Assembly: GCA_002269645.1 (NCBI GenBank)
Contig: NIVC01000169.1
Location: 588,097-652,096 of the forward strand
Direction of reading: 5' to 3'
Source of the DNA: Macrostomum lignano
Lineage: Eukaryota
Length of the DNA: 64,000 bases
Each line of letters starts with the position of its first letter. The stretch's first letter is position 1. This document shows positions 11,049-23,163 of the stretch, piece by piece. Both the position numbers and the translations under genes were made by a program. Under the pieces are notes generated by a model. It ran no database searches. It had not been told where the DNA came from and worked only from the letters and a program-made list of their open reading frames with translations.

Positions 11049-12652
11049 CGGTTAACAGTAGAAAGACCATGGGGGTGTATTTCAAATACACACATTTTTC
11101 TTTTGTCTGGATCTCCGAGAATATTCAACCAATTGCCATCAAAATCCAGAACACGGGCTAAAATTTTCCGCTCTATTCGACGAAGCAACTCTGAGAATCA
11201 CGAAAAATCGGCATCGTTGAGATATTCAACGATTCTCCTCGGGGTGTCCGGTGGCAAAAACCACCAACATTGGCAAATTTTTTCTGTTCACAAAATCTCA
11301 TCTTGAAACCACGTCGGCTCAGGAAGCTATGCATATTAGTCGTAAAGGCCTTTCTTCTCAGCATCCCAGGAACCAGGGTCCCCTTCATCACTGTCTGGAG
11401 CATCGGCGGCGACCGTCAGGACCTTCAAAAAAAGCATCCGATCGGCATCGCAGAGACGGCTGCGTTCCCAAAACTGAAATGGAAGAATCCTCTTCTGCAT
11501 TCAGCGTTCAGTCAGCAGACATAATCGGTGAATGAAATGGACGACGGCGACCCTCTAGGTTGACCTGTAGACATACAAGCGACCTTCGGGACCTTCAACG
11601 GAGTGCCACCATGCGGCCCCGACTAGCTGGCATCCCCAACATCGTGAATTTTCTGTCAAGGCACCAAACCAGGCATGTCTGCATGTTATACAGTGGTCCT
11701 GCACCATGTTCAGCATTCAGCTCTGTCTGGACGACCTCCGGCACCTTCAACGGAATGCCACCACGCGGCCCCGACTAGCTGGCATCCCCAACATCGTGAA
11801 TTTTCTGTCAAGGCACCAAACCAGGCATGTCTGCATATTACACAGTGGTCCTGCACCATGTTCAGCATTCAGCTCTGTCTGGACGACCTCCGGCACCTTC
11901 AACGGAATGCCACCACGCGACCCTGACGAGCGAACACTCCCAACATCGTAATCTGTAACTCTCCAATTTAACATGGTGGAAAAGCATTGTATAATATGCA
12001 AACATGCCTGGTTTGGTGCCTTGATAGAAAGAGCAGGATGTTGGCGTTGGCGGTGTCAGCTCATCGGGGCCGCGTGGTGGCACTCCGTTGAAGGTCCCGA
12101 AGGTCGCCTGTGTGTCTACAGGTCAGCCTAGAGGGTCGCCATCATCCATTTCATTCACCGATTATGTCTGCTGACTGAATGTTGCATGCAGAAGAGGATT
12201 CTTCCGTTTCAGTTTTGGAAACGCAGCCGTCTCTGCGATGCCGATCGGATGCTTTTGTTGAAGGTCCTGACGGTCGCCGCCGATGCTCCAGACGGTGATG
12301 AAGGGGACCCTGGTTCCTGGGATGCTGAGAAGAAAGGCCTCTCCGACAGATGGACCCAGATTATTGAGCCAATATAGATTCACCATAAAGGTTTATACAG
12401 TGTAGTGTTGGTTGTCCTTGCCACCAGTGTCTTCGACAAGAATCGTTGAATATCTCGACGATGCTGACGTCGGATGACTTTGAAAGTTAATTCGTTGGAA
12501 AGGGGGGGGAAATTTTGATCCAAATGGTGGACTTTTACGAAAATTGGTTATTCGGTTTGCGAGCTATGGTGAAATTGGTTGTGTGTATTTGTAATACACC
12601 CCCATGGTCTTTCCCCATGGGGAAAATAGCGTGGTCTTTCTACTGTTAACCG
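11049..12652. mobile_element. Foldback/long-TIR non-autonomous element (~1.6 kb)
   Basis: Starts CGGTTAACAGTAGAAAGACC and ends GGTCTTTCTACTGTTAACCG. Segment 11345-11630 is the reverse complement of 12050-12345 at high identity. Internal ~140-bp tandem duplication at 11590-11940. No clear TSD. Confidence 0.75.
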
Positions 12653-13299
12653 CATAGGTTTATTGCTTTAACTACTTTTAAAATTTTAAAATCTGGATTG
12701 GAAAGAATGCTAGAGAACTAACTAACTACCTAACTAAAGAGCTTTTTTGATGAGTTGCCCTTATATAATCCTCAGAGATATTTAACTCTTGTAAGAGGTA
12801 AGTACTTGAAGACTTGAATTACTTGAGGTAAACACGTATTGTTAAATCACATCACCAGAGGTAAACTACTTGCAGTAATATTATAAACAATAATTGAACT
12901 CGAAAATAAGAAGAAACAAAATCATTTTAAAGTTTGTAAGTGTTATCTGATTATACTCATCTGTGCAAAGTATATTTGTTATACAAAGAAAAAGCCTAAA
13001 AAGTTTAAAAAAAGTTTTCTATTGCTATGTAAATCTGTGAAAAAAACTTGGCTTATGTACACTGCACTGCATGTTTAACAAGGACCACAGATACAAGAAG
13101 AGCTATAGATATTCACTCGCAAAAAAGAGGTCGTCTACACGGTCCACTCTTTTCAGTAGATATTTGCGTTTGTGCCTAAAATAAATTGTCTTACCGACTC
13201 CAGACTGCCAGGCATAAGCGAGTAAGAGAAAAGGCTGATAAGACAGTTTGACTTTCCCCTTGCCCGCTTGCGGCCGACTTTGACCTCTTCTCCTTACTG

Positions 13300-13455
13300 C
13301 TCTCTCATTGGCTGAGCTAGATTGGGCCTGCCGTAGACTGAATTTCGTCCGTTTATCTTTGACCTCTCTCATTGGCTGAGCCAGATTGGGCCTGCCCTAG
13401 ACTGAATTTCGTCCGTTTATCTTTGACCTCTCTCATTGGCTGAGCCAGATGGGGC
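13300..13455. repeat. ~64-bp tandem repeat (x2.5) rich in ATTGG (CCAAT) boxes
   Basis: CTCTCTCATTGGCTGAGCCAGATTGGGCCTGCC...CTTTGAC repeated. Confidence 0.75.
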
Positions 13456-13924
13456 CCTCCCGCTGCTGCCCGCTCGAGTGTACATCGAGTTAAATGCTTG
13501 CTATTCATTCTTAACCCTATAAGCTTAATGAGGCCGCAAACCCAGAGGAAGGAAAAAAATTAAGCGCCACAATATATTTAAAAGACACTGCGCAAACAAA
13601 CTACTGACAAAGAGTAGACGCTCTACTTTTTTCACAAGTTTATTTGGGATTGATACAAGTATATCTAGTAATTCTAGCGTCTGTGATTATGACCAACTGC
13701 CTATTTGTATACACAATATTTCTGTAAAATTAATACTGTAACCCGCTTAATACTGTAGGTTTTTGCGACCAAATAAATATTTGAACTGCAGAAGGTCTGT
13801 TTATCTTAGCTGTGCTGTAGTGTACAACAACGTGGCGGTAGAAAGATACTATTCATTATTTGCTGACAAACTGTTGACGCAGTGAAAAGTAGCGAGTGAT
13901 GTCAGCTAGGACTCAGTTGATTCT

Positions 13925-16259
13925 CTAAGCGCCAACTGCAAGTTTTTACGGGGAAAATTTATTAGGTGAGAACGTGAATTTTCCTGATTTTCAGAACTAT
14001 TTTTACATTAGGTGTGTCAGGATTCAGGACTAGTTTCTAAAATGTGTCAGGACTAGTTACTCAAATGTGTCAGGACTAGTTTATAAAACTTGTCAGGACT
14101 AGTTTCTGAAATGTGTCAGGACTAGTTACTCAAATGTGTCAGGACTAGTTTATAAAACGTGTCAGGACTAGTTTATAAAACTTGTCAGGACTAGTTTCTG
14201 AAATGTGTCAGGACTAGTTACTCAAATGTGTCAGGACTAGTTTATAAAACTTGTCAGGACTAGTTTCTGAAATGTGTCAGGACTAGTTACTCAAATGTGT
14301 CAGGACTAGTTTATAAAACGTGTCAGGACTAGTTTATAAAACTTGTCAGGACTAGTTTCTGAAATGTGTCAGGACTAGTTACTCAAACGTGTCAGGACTA
14401 GTTTATAAAACTTGTCAGGACTAGTTTCTGAAATGTGTCAGGACTAGTTACTCAAACGTGTCAGGACTAGTTTATAAAACGTGTCAGGACTAGTTTATAA
14501 AACTTGTCAGGACTAGTTTCTGAAATGTGTCAGGACTAGTTACTCAAATGTGTCAGGACTAGTTTATAAAACTTGTCAGGACTAGTTACTCAAACGTGTC
14601 AGGACTAGTTTATAAAACGTGTCAGGACTAGTTTATAAAACTTGTCAGGACTAGTTTCTGAAATGTGTCAGGACTAGTTACTCAAATGTGTCAGGACTAG
14701 TTTATAAAACTTGTCAGGACTAGTTTCTGAAATGTGTCAGGACTAGTTACTCAAATGTGTCAGGACTAGTTTATAAAACGTGTCAGGACTAGTTTCTGAA
14801 ATGTGTCAGGACTAGTTACTCAAACGTGTCAGGACTAGTTTATAAAACGTGTCAGGACTAGTTTATAAAACGTGTCAGGACTAGTTTCTGAAATGTGTCA
14901 GGACTAGTTTATAAAACGTGTCAGGACTAGTTTCTGAAATGTGTCAGGACTAGTTACTCAAACGTGTCAGGACTAGTTTATAAAACGTGTCAGGACTAGT
15001 TTATAAAACGTGTCAGGACTAGTTTCTGAAATGTGTCAGGACTAGTTTATAAAACGTGTCAGGACTAGTTTATAAAACGTGTCAGGACTAGTTTATAAAA
15101 CGTCAGGACTAGTTTATAAAACGTGTCAGGACTAGTTTATAAAATGTGTCAACTCATCACAATTTTCTAATCGAGCCCACTTACCTTTAACGGAGCCAGC
15201 AGAAGGAACTGGAATTATGATGATGTTTGGGATTAATTAATTAATAAATTGTTGGGATAGCATGCATTTCGGAATGCAGTAAGTTAAAATTCACTCATAA
15301 GTCACTCACCCCCAGAGCTGAGAATTTTTGCGCTAGGAGCCTTTTGGGTTCTCCCTGAGGCCTTTGCCGCGGCTCTTCCAAACTTGGATTGGTGCAGTTT
15401 TGTCATCTCGGATTTTTCGACTGAAGAAATAATTATGAGCATTGAGGGGCTTTGAGATAGAATCTGAGATAATCTACGAAAATATTTCAAAAAGTGGGTG
15501 TCAGATAGATTGGGTGTCAGACAGATTAAGTGTCAGATAGATTGGGTGTCAGATAGATTGGGTGTCAGACAGATTGGGTGTCAGACAAATTAAGTGTCAG
15601 ATAGATTGGATGTCAGACAGATTGGGTGTCAGACAGATTACATGTATATATCAGAATGTTGGCTCAATGTTGGAAATTTTAGCTCATTGTAATACGTGAA
15701 GGATCATAACAGTGAAAACATGAGTATAATGATAAAATTGATATACTTACAATTTTTAAATTTTCTAAAAGCCTTGTTACCCTTCAGGACGCTTCTTTTG
15801 TAAACTGAAAAAATTGTAAGAGGATAATTTTTTTAGTATAGCATTGAAAAGAAATTTGAAGGCGCTGTGTACAGTACATGTAGGTGTCTTTCCGGTGGGT
15901 CTCGGAAGACATTGAGGTGTCTGTGGCGTGTCTCGGAAGACATTGACGTGTCTGTGGTGTGTCTCGGAAGACATTGACGTGTCTATTTGAGGTGTCTCAG
16001 AAGACATTTAGGTGTCTTTGTGGGGTGTCTCAGAAAACATTTTTAGGTGTCTATGTGGGGTGTCTTAGAAGAAATTGAGGTGTCTGTGTGGGGGTGTCTC
16101 AGAGTATTATTGAAAGGCAAAGCAACGCCACAGGTGAGATAACTTACGATTTTTGACGCCTCTCAGAGCCGCCCTGCAGGCGGAGCCGTTCTCTGTCCAG
16201 CACAGAAGCAGAAACAGGCAAACGAGTAGCAGCAGTTTCGAAAAAACGCATAACGACAT
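13925..16259 (-). CDS. Secreted cationic peptide, gene A (~85 aa): MSLCVFSKLLLLVCLFLLLCWTENGSA-CRAALRGVKNLEKSEMTKLHQSKFGRAAAKASGRTQKAPSAKILSSGVPSAGSVK(VGA)
   Basis: Exons 16148-16259 (C|GTAAGT), 15310-15420 (G|GTGAGT), 24-nt micro-exon 15185-15208 (G|GTAAGT), tentative last exon 13925-13935. All junctions are phase 1. Confidence 0.7.
14010..15150. repeat. Intronic minisatellite (GTGTCAGGACTAGTTTATAAAAC, ~23 bp)
   Basis: About 48 copies in a gene A intron. Confidence 0.95.
15495..15640. repeat. Intronic minisatellite (GGGTGTCAGATAGATT, 17 bp)
   Basis: About 8 copies in gene A intron 1. Confidence 0.9.
15880..16100. repeat. Intronic minisatellite (GTGTCTCGGAAGACATTGAGGTGTCTGTG-like)
   Basis: Degenerate tandem copies in gene A intron 1. 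Confidence 0.85.
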
Positions 16260-17106
16260 TTTTGGGCTTGAAGCCGCGACCTTAAACACTGACTTCAGCA
16301 CTTCAGCACTTCACTTTTCAACTTGCCATAATCCGTTATTTTTTCTATATTCAGAATAAATCTTTTTCAAAGGGCCGCGAGCTGGGCCATAGACGAAAAA
16401 GTAAAACAATTGAGCGTTGAAATCTTGGAAGTGTTCGATGCGCGTCACAAAACATAGGCAAGCGGCGTGCATTTTAATAAAAGTACATCATTATATTTTT
16501 AACAACAAAACTAACATAGACTGAAATAGTTCAATAAAAGCGGAAATAGCTATTAGAAACTTATAATATTCGAGCACCTGAGTTTGAAAAAAGACGATAT
16601 GTATTGAAAAATACTTTGTAAGCCAGGGCAGCTGCTGCAAAAAATGACACAAAAGCGACTGCTTTCCAAAGCCGATATGTATAGAAAATTACTACTTCAA
16701 GGAAGGAAGCTGCAAAATTTAGAAATAAACAAATATATAAAATACTATAGAACACCGCCTAAGAAGCCGTGCACACGTGTATTTAAGACAAATACACCGA
16801 AAGTATGTAATTACTATAAAAGTACATTTTACAGAATAGCACATTTATTGTAAAAGTACACTCCAAGAAAGTTAGCACAATACGGGACATTTTGTAGAAA
16901 AGTACATACATTATAGAAAAGTACACTTTCACTAAAGGTACATTTCGTAAAATAGTGCATTTTATAGAAAAGTACATTTCTTTGAAAAGTTAAATGTATA
17001 TAAAAGTACATTTATTCAAAATTAAACCTAACGTAAAAGTACATTTCGTAAAAAAGTTTTTTTAAAAGTACACTTTAAAAAAAGTACATTTCGTAAAAAG
17101 TTAAAT

Positions 17107-17785
17107 TTAGCCAGCGCCAGACAGCGCAGCGGGCAGCAGTTTGGCGCCATTGATTCCGTGAACGGACACTCGACCCGGACGCACCATGAGGCCGTGCTGC
17201 TGCTGACAGGTGAAGTACCTCTTGCCGAGGACTCGGCCGTCGTTTCGACCCAGCGGTTTTCGTAGTTCAACGCCCAGCCAAACACCGTCGGCAAAGTGCA
17301 CCCGGCCGATGAAGCGGACGGTGCCCATCAGGTTGCCGCAGAGCACCTGAAGAGATAGATTAGCAATCCATTTTATTTTATTAGCATCTGAGCGATAGAT
17401 TAGCAATCCATTCTACTCTATTAGGTTAAGAGATATAGACTAGGAATCTATTTTATTTTATTATATTTGGAGCGATAGATTAACAATCCATTATATCTTA
17501 TTAGGTTCGGAGATATAGATTAGCAATCCATTCTATTTTGTTAGGTTCGGAGCGATAGATTAGCAATCCATTATATCTTATTAGGTTCGGAGATATAGAT
17601 TAGCAATCCATTCTATTTTGTTAGGTTCGGAGCGATAGATTAGCAATCCATTATATCTTATTAGGTTCGGAGATAGATTAGCAATCCAATTACACATTCA
17701 TGCATTACATACTGCAGTCACCATACCTGTAATCCTTCGCGCAGAACAAGTGTTGCTTGTTGTTGTTGCTGCTGCTGTTGCTGCT

Positions 17786-17816
<31 letters not shown>

Positions 17817-20800
17817 TTGAGTGGCCGTGGCCTCTGCCTGCCTACCGGCGCACCTGTGCAGCCTGGCGGCAGACGCGAACACTCCGTGACCCTGCGGACA
17901 GTGGAAGTACCTTCGCCCCTCCACGGATCCGTCATTTCTGCCCACCGCGTTGTCCAGCTCCACCCCGTACCAAACTCCCGGGGCGAAGTGGCACTCGCCA
18001 ACGAACCGGACGGTGCCTCGACGTTGGCCGGCTACGATCACTCGGTCGCCGAGGGCGAAACTGTGCCGGGTTCGAACCCGGGCCTCCACGCCGCTGACGT
18101 CGATTGCGCCGCGATGGACCCGGGTGAAGCCGGACACGCGGCTCATGGGGACCAGTACCTGGCCGGGTTGGACACGGGGTCGGACACTTAATTCCTGGAC
18201 TCTTGATTCCTGATAACTAATTCTCGGACACCATTCCTGAACACTTCATTCCCGGACTCTCCTTTCCTGGACACTTCATTCTTAGGCACTCCATTTTTAA
18301 ACACTTCATTCCCGGACACTCCATTCCCGGACACTTCATTCCCAGACACTTCATTCCCGGACTCTCCATTCCTTCGGACATTTAATTCCCAGACACTTCA
18401 TTCCCGGACTCTCCATTCCTTCGGACATTTAATTCCCGGACACTTCATTCCCGGACACTTCATTCCTGGACACTTCATTCCCGGACCCTCCATTCCTCCG
18501 GACACTTCATTCCTGGAAATTTAATTCCCGGACTCTCCATTCCTCCGGACACTTCATTCCTGGAAATTTAATTCCCGGACTCTCCATTCCTCCGGACACT
18601 TCATTCCTGGAAATTTAATTCCTGGACATTTAATTCCCGGATACTTCATTCCCAGACACTTCATTCCCGGACTCTCCATTCCTCCGGACACTTCATTCCT
18701 GGAAATTTAATTCCCGGACATTTAATTCCCGGTTACTTCATTCCCGGACACTTCATTCACGGAAATTTATTTCCCGGACATTTAATTCCCGGACCCTCCA
18801 TTCCTCCGTTCACTTCATTCCCAGACACTTCATTCCCGGACTCTCCATTCCTCCGGACAATTCATTCCTGGAAATTTAATTCCCGGACATTTAATTCCCG
18901 GACACTTCATTCCCGGACACTTCATTCCCGGACACTTCATTCCTAGACACTTTATCTTCAGACCCTCCATTCCCGGACACTCACCCCCCGGCCAGCCGGA
19001 CACTGGAAGTATCTGACTCCGGACACGCAACCGTCGTGTCGGCCAGCCTGCGGCGTCTCGAGTTCAACTCCGGCCCAGACGCCTGGCGCGAATTCCACGG
19101 GGCCCCAGTAGCGGAGGGTGCCGGGCCGGGACCCAGCAACCAGGACTCGGTCGCCCAAGTTGGAAGGCGGCTGATCTGCTTGCTGCTGCGGTTTCTGCTG
19201 CGGCTGCCGCTGTGACTGCTGCTTCTGCTTCTGCAGTGCAGCTGCCTGATGTGTGATCAGAAGCGATAATTAGGATGATTCTTAGGGGATAATTGGGAAG
19301 ATTCTTAGGAAATAATTAGGAAGATTCTTAGGGGATAATTAGGAAGATTCTTAGACGATGAGTAGGGAGACTCTTAGAGGATAATTGGGGGTAGAATCTT
19401 AGGGGATAACAAGGGGATAACTAGAGAGATTCTTATACATCCAACTAAACGTGCTTCCCAGTGAAAGAAGAGGAGTGAAAGGCAAAGGCAAGGGAAGTCC
19501 AACCTCTTCAAACGCTGACGAAGCCACCGAAGCGGTTGATGAAGCGGACGACAGCGGAGCTGCAGCCGCGGCAGCCGGCACCGAAGCGGTGGACGAAGCG
19601 GACAGCCGAGGCGGTCGCTCAGGCCGACTGCCAGCCAGTAAAGTGAGCAGTCTCGATCGGATCTCTCGATTCTCAGCCGAAGAGTTTGAGTTGAACAAAC
19701 CAGAGGTCAGTTGAGGCAGGCAGTCGACGGGACGCCGGAGCAGCTCGTCTGTGGCTGCCAGAGCTGCCTGACCTGCGCTGGAGACCAGCAGGCGGGCGCT
19801 GCCTTCGCTCAGGTGTGCAGCGGCCAGGTGCAGCGGGGTGGCGTCTTCGAACTCGGTGCATCTGATTGTGAAAGAGGGCATGAATTGTTAAAGAGTCGGT
19901 TCTGAGTTCGAACTCTATTATGACCGTTTACTATGAGTTTGTTTGTACTTTAGTCTATGACCGGTTTCTATGAGTATGTTTGTACTTTAGTCTATGACCG
20001 GTTTCAATGAGCGTTTGTACTTTAGTCTATGACCGGTTTCTATGAGTATGTTTGTACTTTAGTCTATGACCGGTTTCTATGAGCGTTTGTACTTTAGTCT
20101 ATGACCGGTTTTTATGAGCATGTTTGTACTTTAGTCTATGACCGGTTTCTATGAGCGTTTGTACTTTAGTCTATGACCGGTTTCTGAGTTTGTACTTTAC
20201 TTTTCTGAGTTTGCACTTTAGTCTATGACCGGTTTCTATGAGTATGTTTGTACTTTAGTCTATGACCGGTTTCTGAGTTTGTACTTTAGTCTATGACCGG
20301 TTTCTATGAGTGCGTTTGTACTTTAGTCTATGACCGGTTTCTATGAGTGCGTTTGTACTTTAGTCTATGACCGGTTTCTATGAGTGCGTTTGTACTTTAG
20401 TCTATGACCGGTTTCTATGAGTGCGTTTGTACTTTAGTCTATGACCGGTTTCTATGAGTACGTTTGTACTTTAGTCTATGACCGGTTCTATGAGCATGTT
20501 TGTACTTTAGTCTATGACCGGTTTCTGAGTTTGTACTTTAGTCTATGACCGGTTTCTATGAGTGCGTTTGTACTTTAGTCTATGACCGGTTTCTATGAGT
20601 ATGTTTGTACTTTAGTCTATGACCGGTTTCTATGAGTATGTTTGTACTTTAGTCTATGACCGGTTTACTATGAGTTTGATTGTACTTAGTCTATGAAAGG
20701 TTTCTATGAGTTTGTTTGTACTTTAGTCTATGGCTGGTTTTTGAGTTTGTACTTTAGTCTATGGCTGGTTTCTGAGTTTGTACTTTAGTCTATGGCTGGT

Positions 20801-21659
20801 TTCTGAGATTGTACTTTAGTCTATGGAGGTTGCCAAAGTGACCCCCACTAACCTAGCCAATGGATCAGCCCCGGCCTCTAGCAGAACTTCCACCGCCTCT
20901 TGACAGTTGAACATTGTCGCCAGGTGCAACGGGGTTACGTCTGTCCACCGACTGCGCGCCTCAGGCTGAGCCCCAGCCAAGAGAAGTCCGCGCATGGCGT
21001 TGGCCGCCGCGGAGGGACTCGCCAACGCACCGCATTTTGCCGCAAAGTGAAGCTGAGCAAAGTCGGTAACCTTGATGCGGTGGCAATACAGGAAGTCAGT
21101 CTTCCTTTAAGGCGGCCGAACTATTTATAGATTTTGTTGCCAGGGGTGATTTCAGTGGGTGCCAGGGGATTTCAGTGGGGTGTCAGGGGGTTTCAGTGGG
21201 GTGTCAGGGGGTTTCAGTGGGGTGTCAGGAGGTTTCATTGGGTGTCAGGGAATTTCAGTGGGTGTCAGGGTAGTAAGAAAATACACAGGGGTATCAGTTA
21301 GAAAAATTGAAAGACAAGAATGTCAACAAGAAAGCCAGTAAAAGTACACGCTTTTTAACACAGACAAAAGTACTAAAGAGTAATATATAAACAATATCAA
21401 ATCATCGACTCACTTGATCACGATCGTTTGGTCCAACGCCTAGCTCAGCCAGACGGTCAACTATCTCAGGCAGCAGCTGCTGGGCAGGTCGGGTCCATTG
21501 GCGAATCAGGGCGAATAGCTGATTAGGAGTTGCCACCTCCAGCTGCTGGGAGCAGCCTGAGCACTGCAGATCGAATAGCTCCGCTCCAAGGGACTGGCAT
21601 CTTGAGCAGAGGGGTGCCAGAACACTCTCATAGATTTGGAACTCCTGGGAATGAGGCAT
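17107..21659 (-). CDS. CLIP3/CLIP4: CAP-Gly domain-containing linker protein 3/4-like (ankyrin repeats + three CAP-Gly domains)
   Basis: Exons 21414-21659, 20853-21070, 19504-19861, 18985-19245, 17727-18158, 17107-17346, all phase-consistent. N-terminal LFALIRQW...GPNDRD and RSRWTDVTPLH match the CLIP3/4 ankyrin region. There are three GVWxGVEL...G(R/K)(N/H)DG...RYF.C CAP-Gly motifs and a C-terminal RP.RV...GINGAKL. Confidence 0.92.
17355..17690. repeat. Intronic minisatellite (GATAGATTAGCAATCCA..., ~47 bp)
   Basis: Tandem copies filling the last CLIP intron. Confidence 0.9.
17752..17820 (-). repeat. Coding CAG/CAA microsatellite (polyQ ~22) between CAP-Gly 2 and 3
   Basis: In-frame Q tract in exon 17727-18158. 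Confidence 0.9.
18190..18980. repeat. Intronic minisatellite (TTCCCGGACACTTCA units)
   Basis: Fills the CLIP intron 18159-18984. Confidence 0.95.
19265..19400. repeat. Intronic minisatellite (GGATAATTAGGAAGATTCTTAG)
   Basis: About 5 copies. Confidence 0.85.
19915..20822. repeat. Intronic minisatellite (TTTGTACTTTAGTCTATGACCGGTTTCTATGAG.., ~38 bp)
   Basis: About 24 copies in CLIP intron 2. Confidence 0.95.
21140..21280. repeat. Intronic minisatellite (TTTCAGTGGGGTGTCAGGGGG)
   Basis: About 6 copies in CLIP intron 1. Confidence 0.85.
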
Positions 21660-22971
21660 GCAATGAAAAAATGATCGTGAATAATGGTATTATGAAAAAG
21701 AAATATCACAATCAATGAATCTTTATGAGAATGAAAAATGTGGAAAACATTTATCTAAATCTTATCAAAACTAGAATTGAAATTAAAGCTAGACTTTAAT
21801 TAAGTAGAATAGTTAAGATAGCTTTTAGCTTTATTATAAATTATAGACCCTGATTTACACATTTATTAGGATTTAGGCCTATAAATTAACACTTTTTTGT
21901 TTATCTATGAATAATATTCAGAATGTAGAATGTTTGCATGAATAAAGTACCTACATAAATAGAGTAACAAATAAAATAAATAAATAGTATTTTTTATTGC
22001 ATAAATATTTATGTACTGACTTATTAGTTAAATAAAAATATTTATAACATCATTATTATGCTGTAAGTATAATCTAGTCTTAGACATAGCTATAGGCAGA
22101 GGCTTAAACATAGCTTATTTAATCAATAAATATTAATATTAATATGAGCTAAATATAATTATTTTCAATAATTTCAGTTTTATCATTATTCTAATAAATG
22201 CCTAAATGGATCCGATACTGCCAAGTGCAAGCAATGGGATTTTGAAAATGAATTCCTACAAGCAGCAACTGAGTAATACTAATATGGTGATAGGATAGTT
22301 AGGCTGTAGCAGTCGGGAGTAGACATTTCTCTATTTTTTTCTCTAGACATTTCTCGACATTTCTCTATTTTTTCGTTTTATTTGTCTTCATATTACAAAA
22401 ATCACTAAACACTAGGCATTGGAGTCAGTAGATTGATTAGAAAACAAACAAAAATCACTATTGTGTCTAAGCAGCTATTCGTTAAGCCAAAAACTAAAAA
22501 AAAACCATGCGTACGAAAAAATTTATTTCATGACTAATTAGTTAAAAATAGAAGTAACAACAACAAAGAAGAATAGTAAAATTATTTTTTAAATAGATAA
22601 AAAAATAATGTGAAGCTTTTTTAATAATACTAACATACACGTTGTCTTTTAGCAAATTTTAAGCATTTGTTCTACAGCACATTTGATTTACTGCTTTATT
22701 TATTTACAAACTTTCTTGCCAAAGTATTGTACTGCAGCTTATATGTAGTATTCGACAACGATAAATTTTATTGTTCCTCTATTCGTCCGAAAAAGTTCAG
22801 TTTTGACAATAATTTAAGAGTATTTGCTATCTGCAAAATCATGGCTTTTATTAACTGTTTTTATTCAAGGCAAAAATTATAACCTTAACGCTCTACAACT
22901 TTTTTGTATTTGAAAACTTTGCCTACTGATAGTAGAAATATAAACATTTTCTTCTATTTTGTGTTGCACTG

Positions 22972-23048
22972 CTAGATTTCTAGAAATTTCTTGAATCAAT
23001 TAAATGAAACACAATTTCGAGAAGTTTCCGTCGGACAGTCTATATAAA
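22972..23048 (+). promoter_or_regulatory. Heat-shock promoter of HSP20 copy 1: HSEs plus TATA box
   Basis: TTCTAGAAATTTCTTGAA (inverted nGAAn array, 22978-22995), TTCGAGAAGTTTCC (~23016), TATATAAA at 23041. Confidence 0.8.
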
Positions 23049-23163
23049 CAAGACAGGCTGCTTCTTGAACAGACAAGCTCCTAAATCAAGAAAGCGAGAG
23101 AAAAACACAAGCAAAAGCAAAGCAAGCAAACCTAACAAACCAGCAGACATTGTACAAGCGACA

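Noticed and set aside
14010-15150. Regularly spaced repeats resembling a CRISPR array (also 57680-59065)
   Set aside because: Head-to-tail units with no unique spacers, in a eukaryotic intron, with no cas genes.
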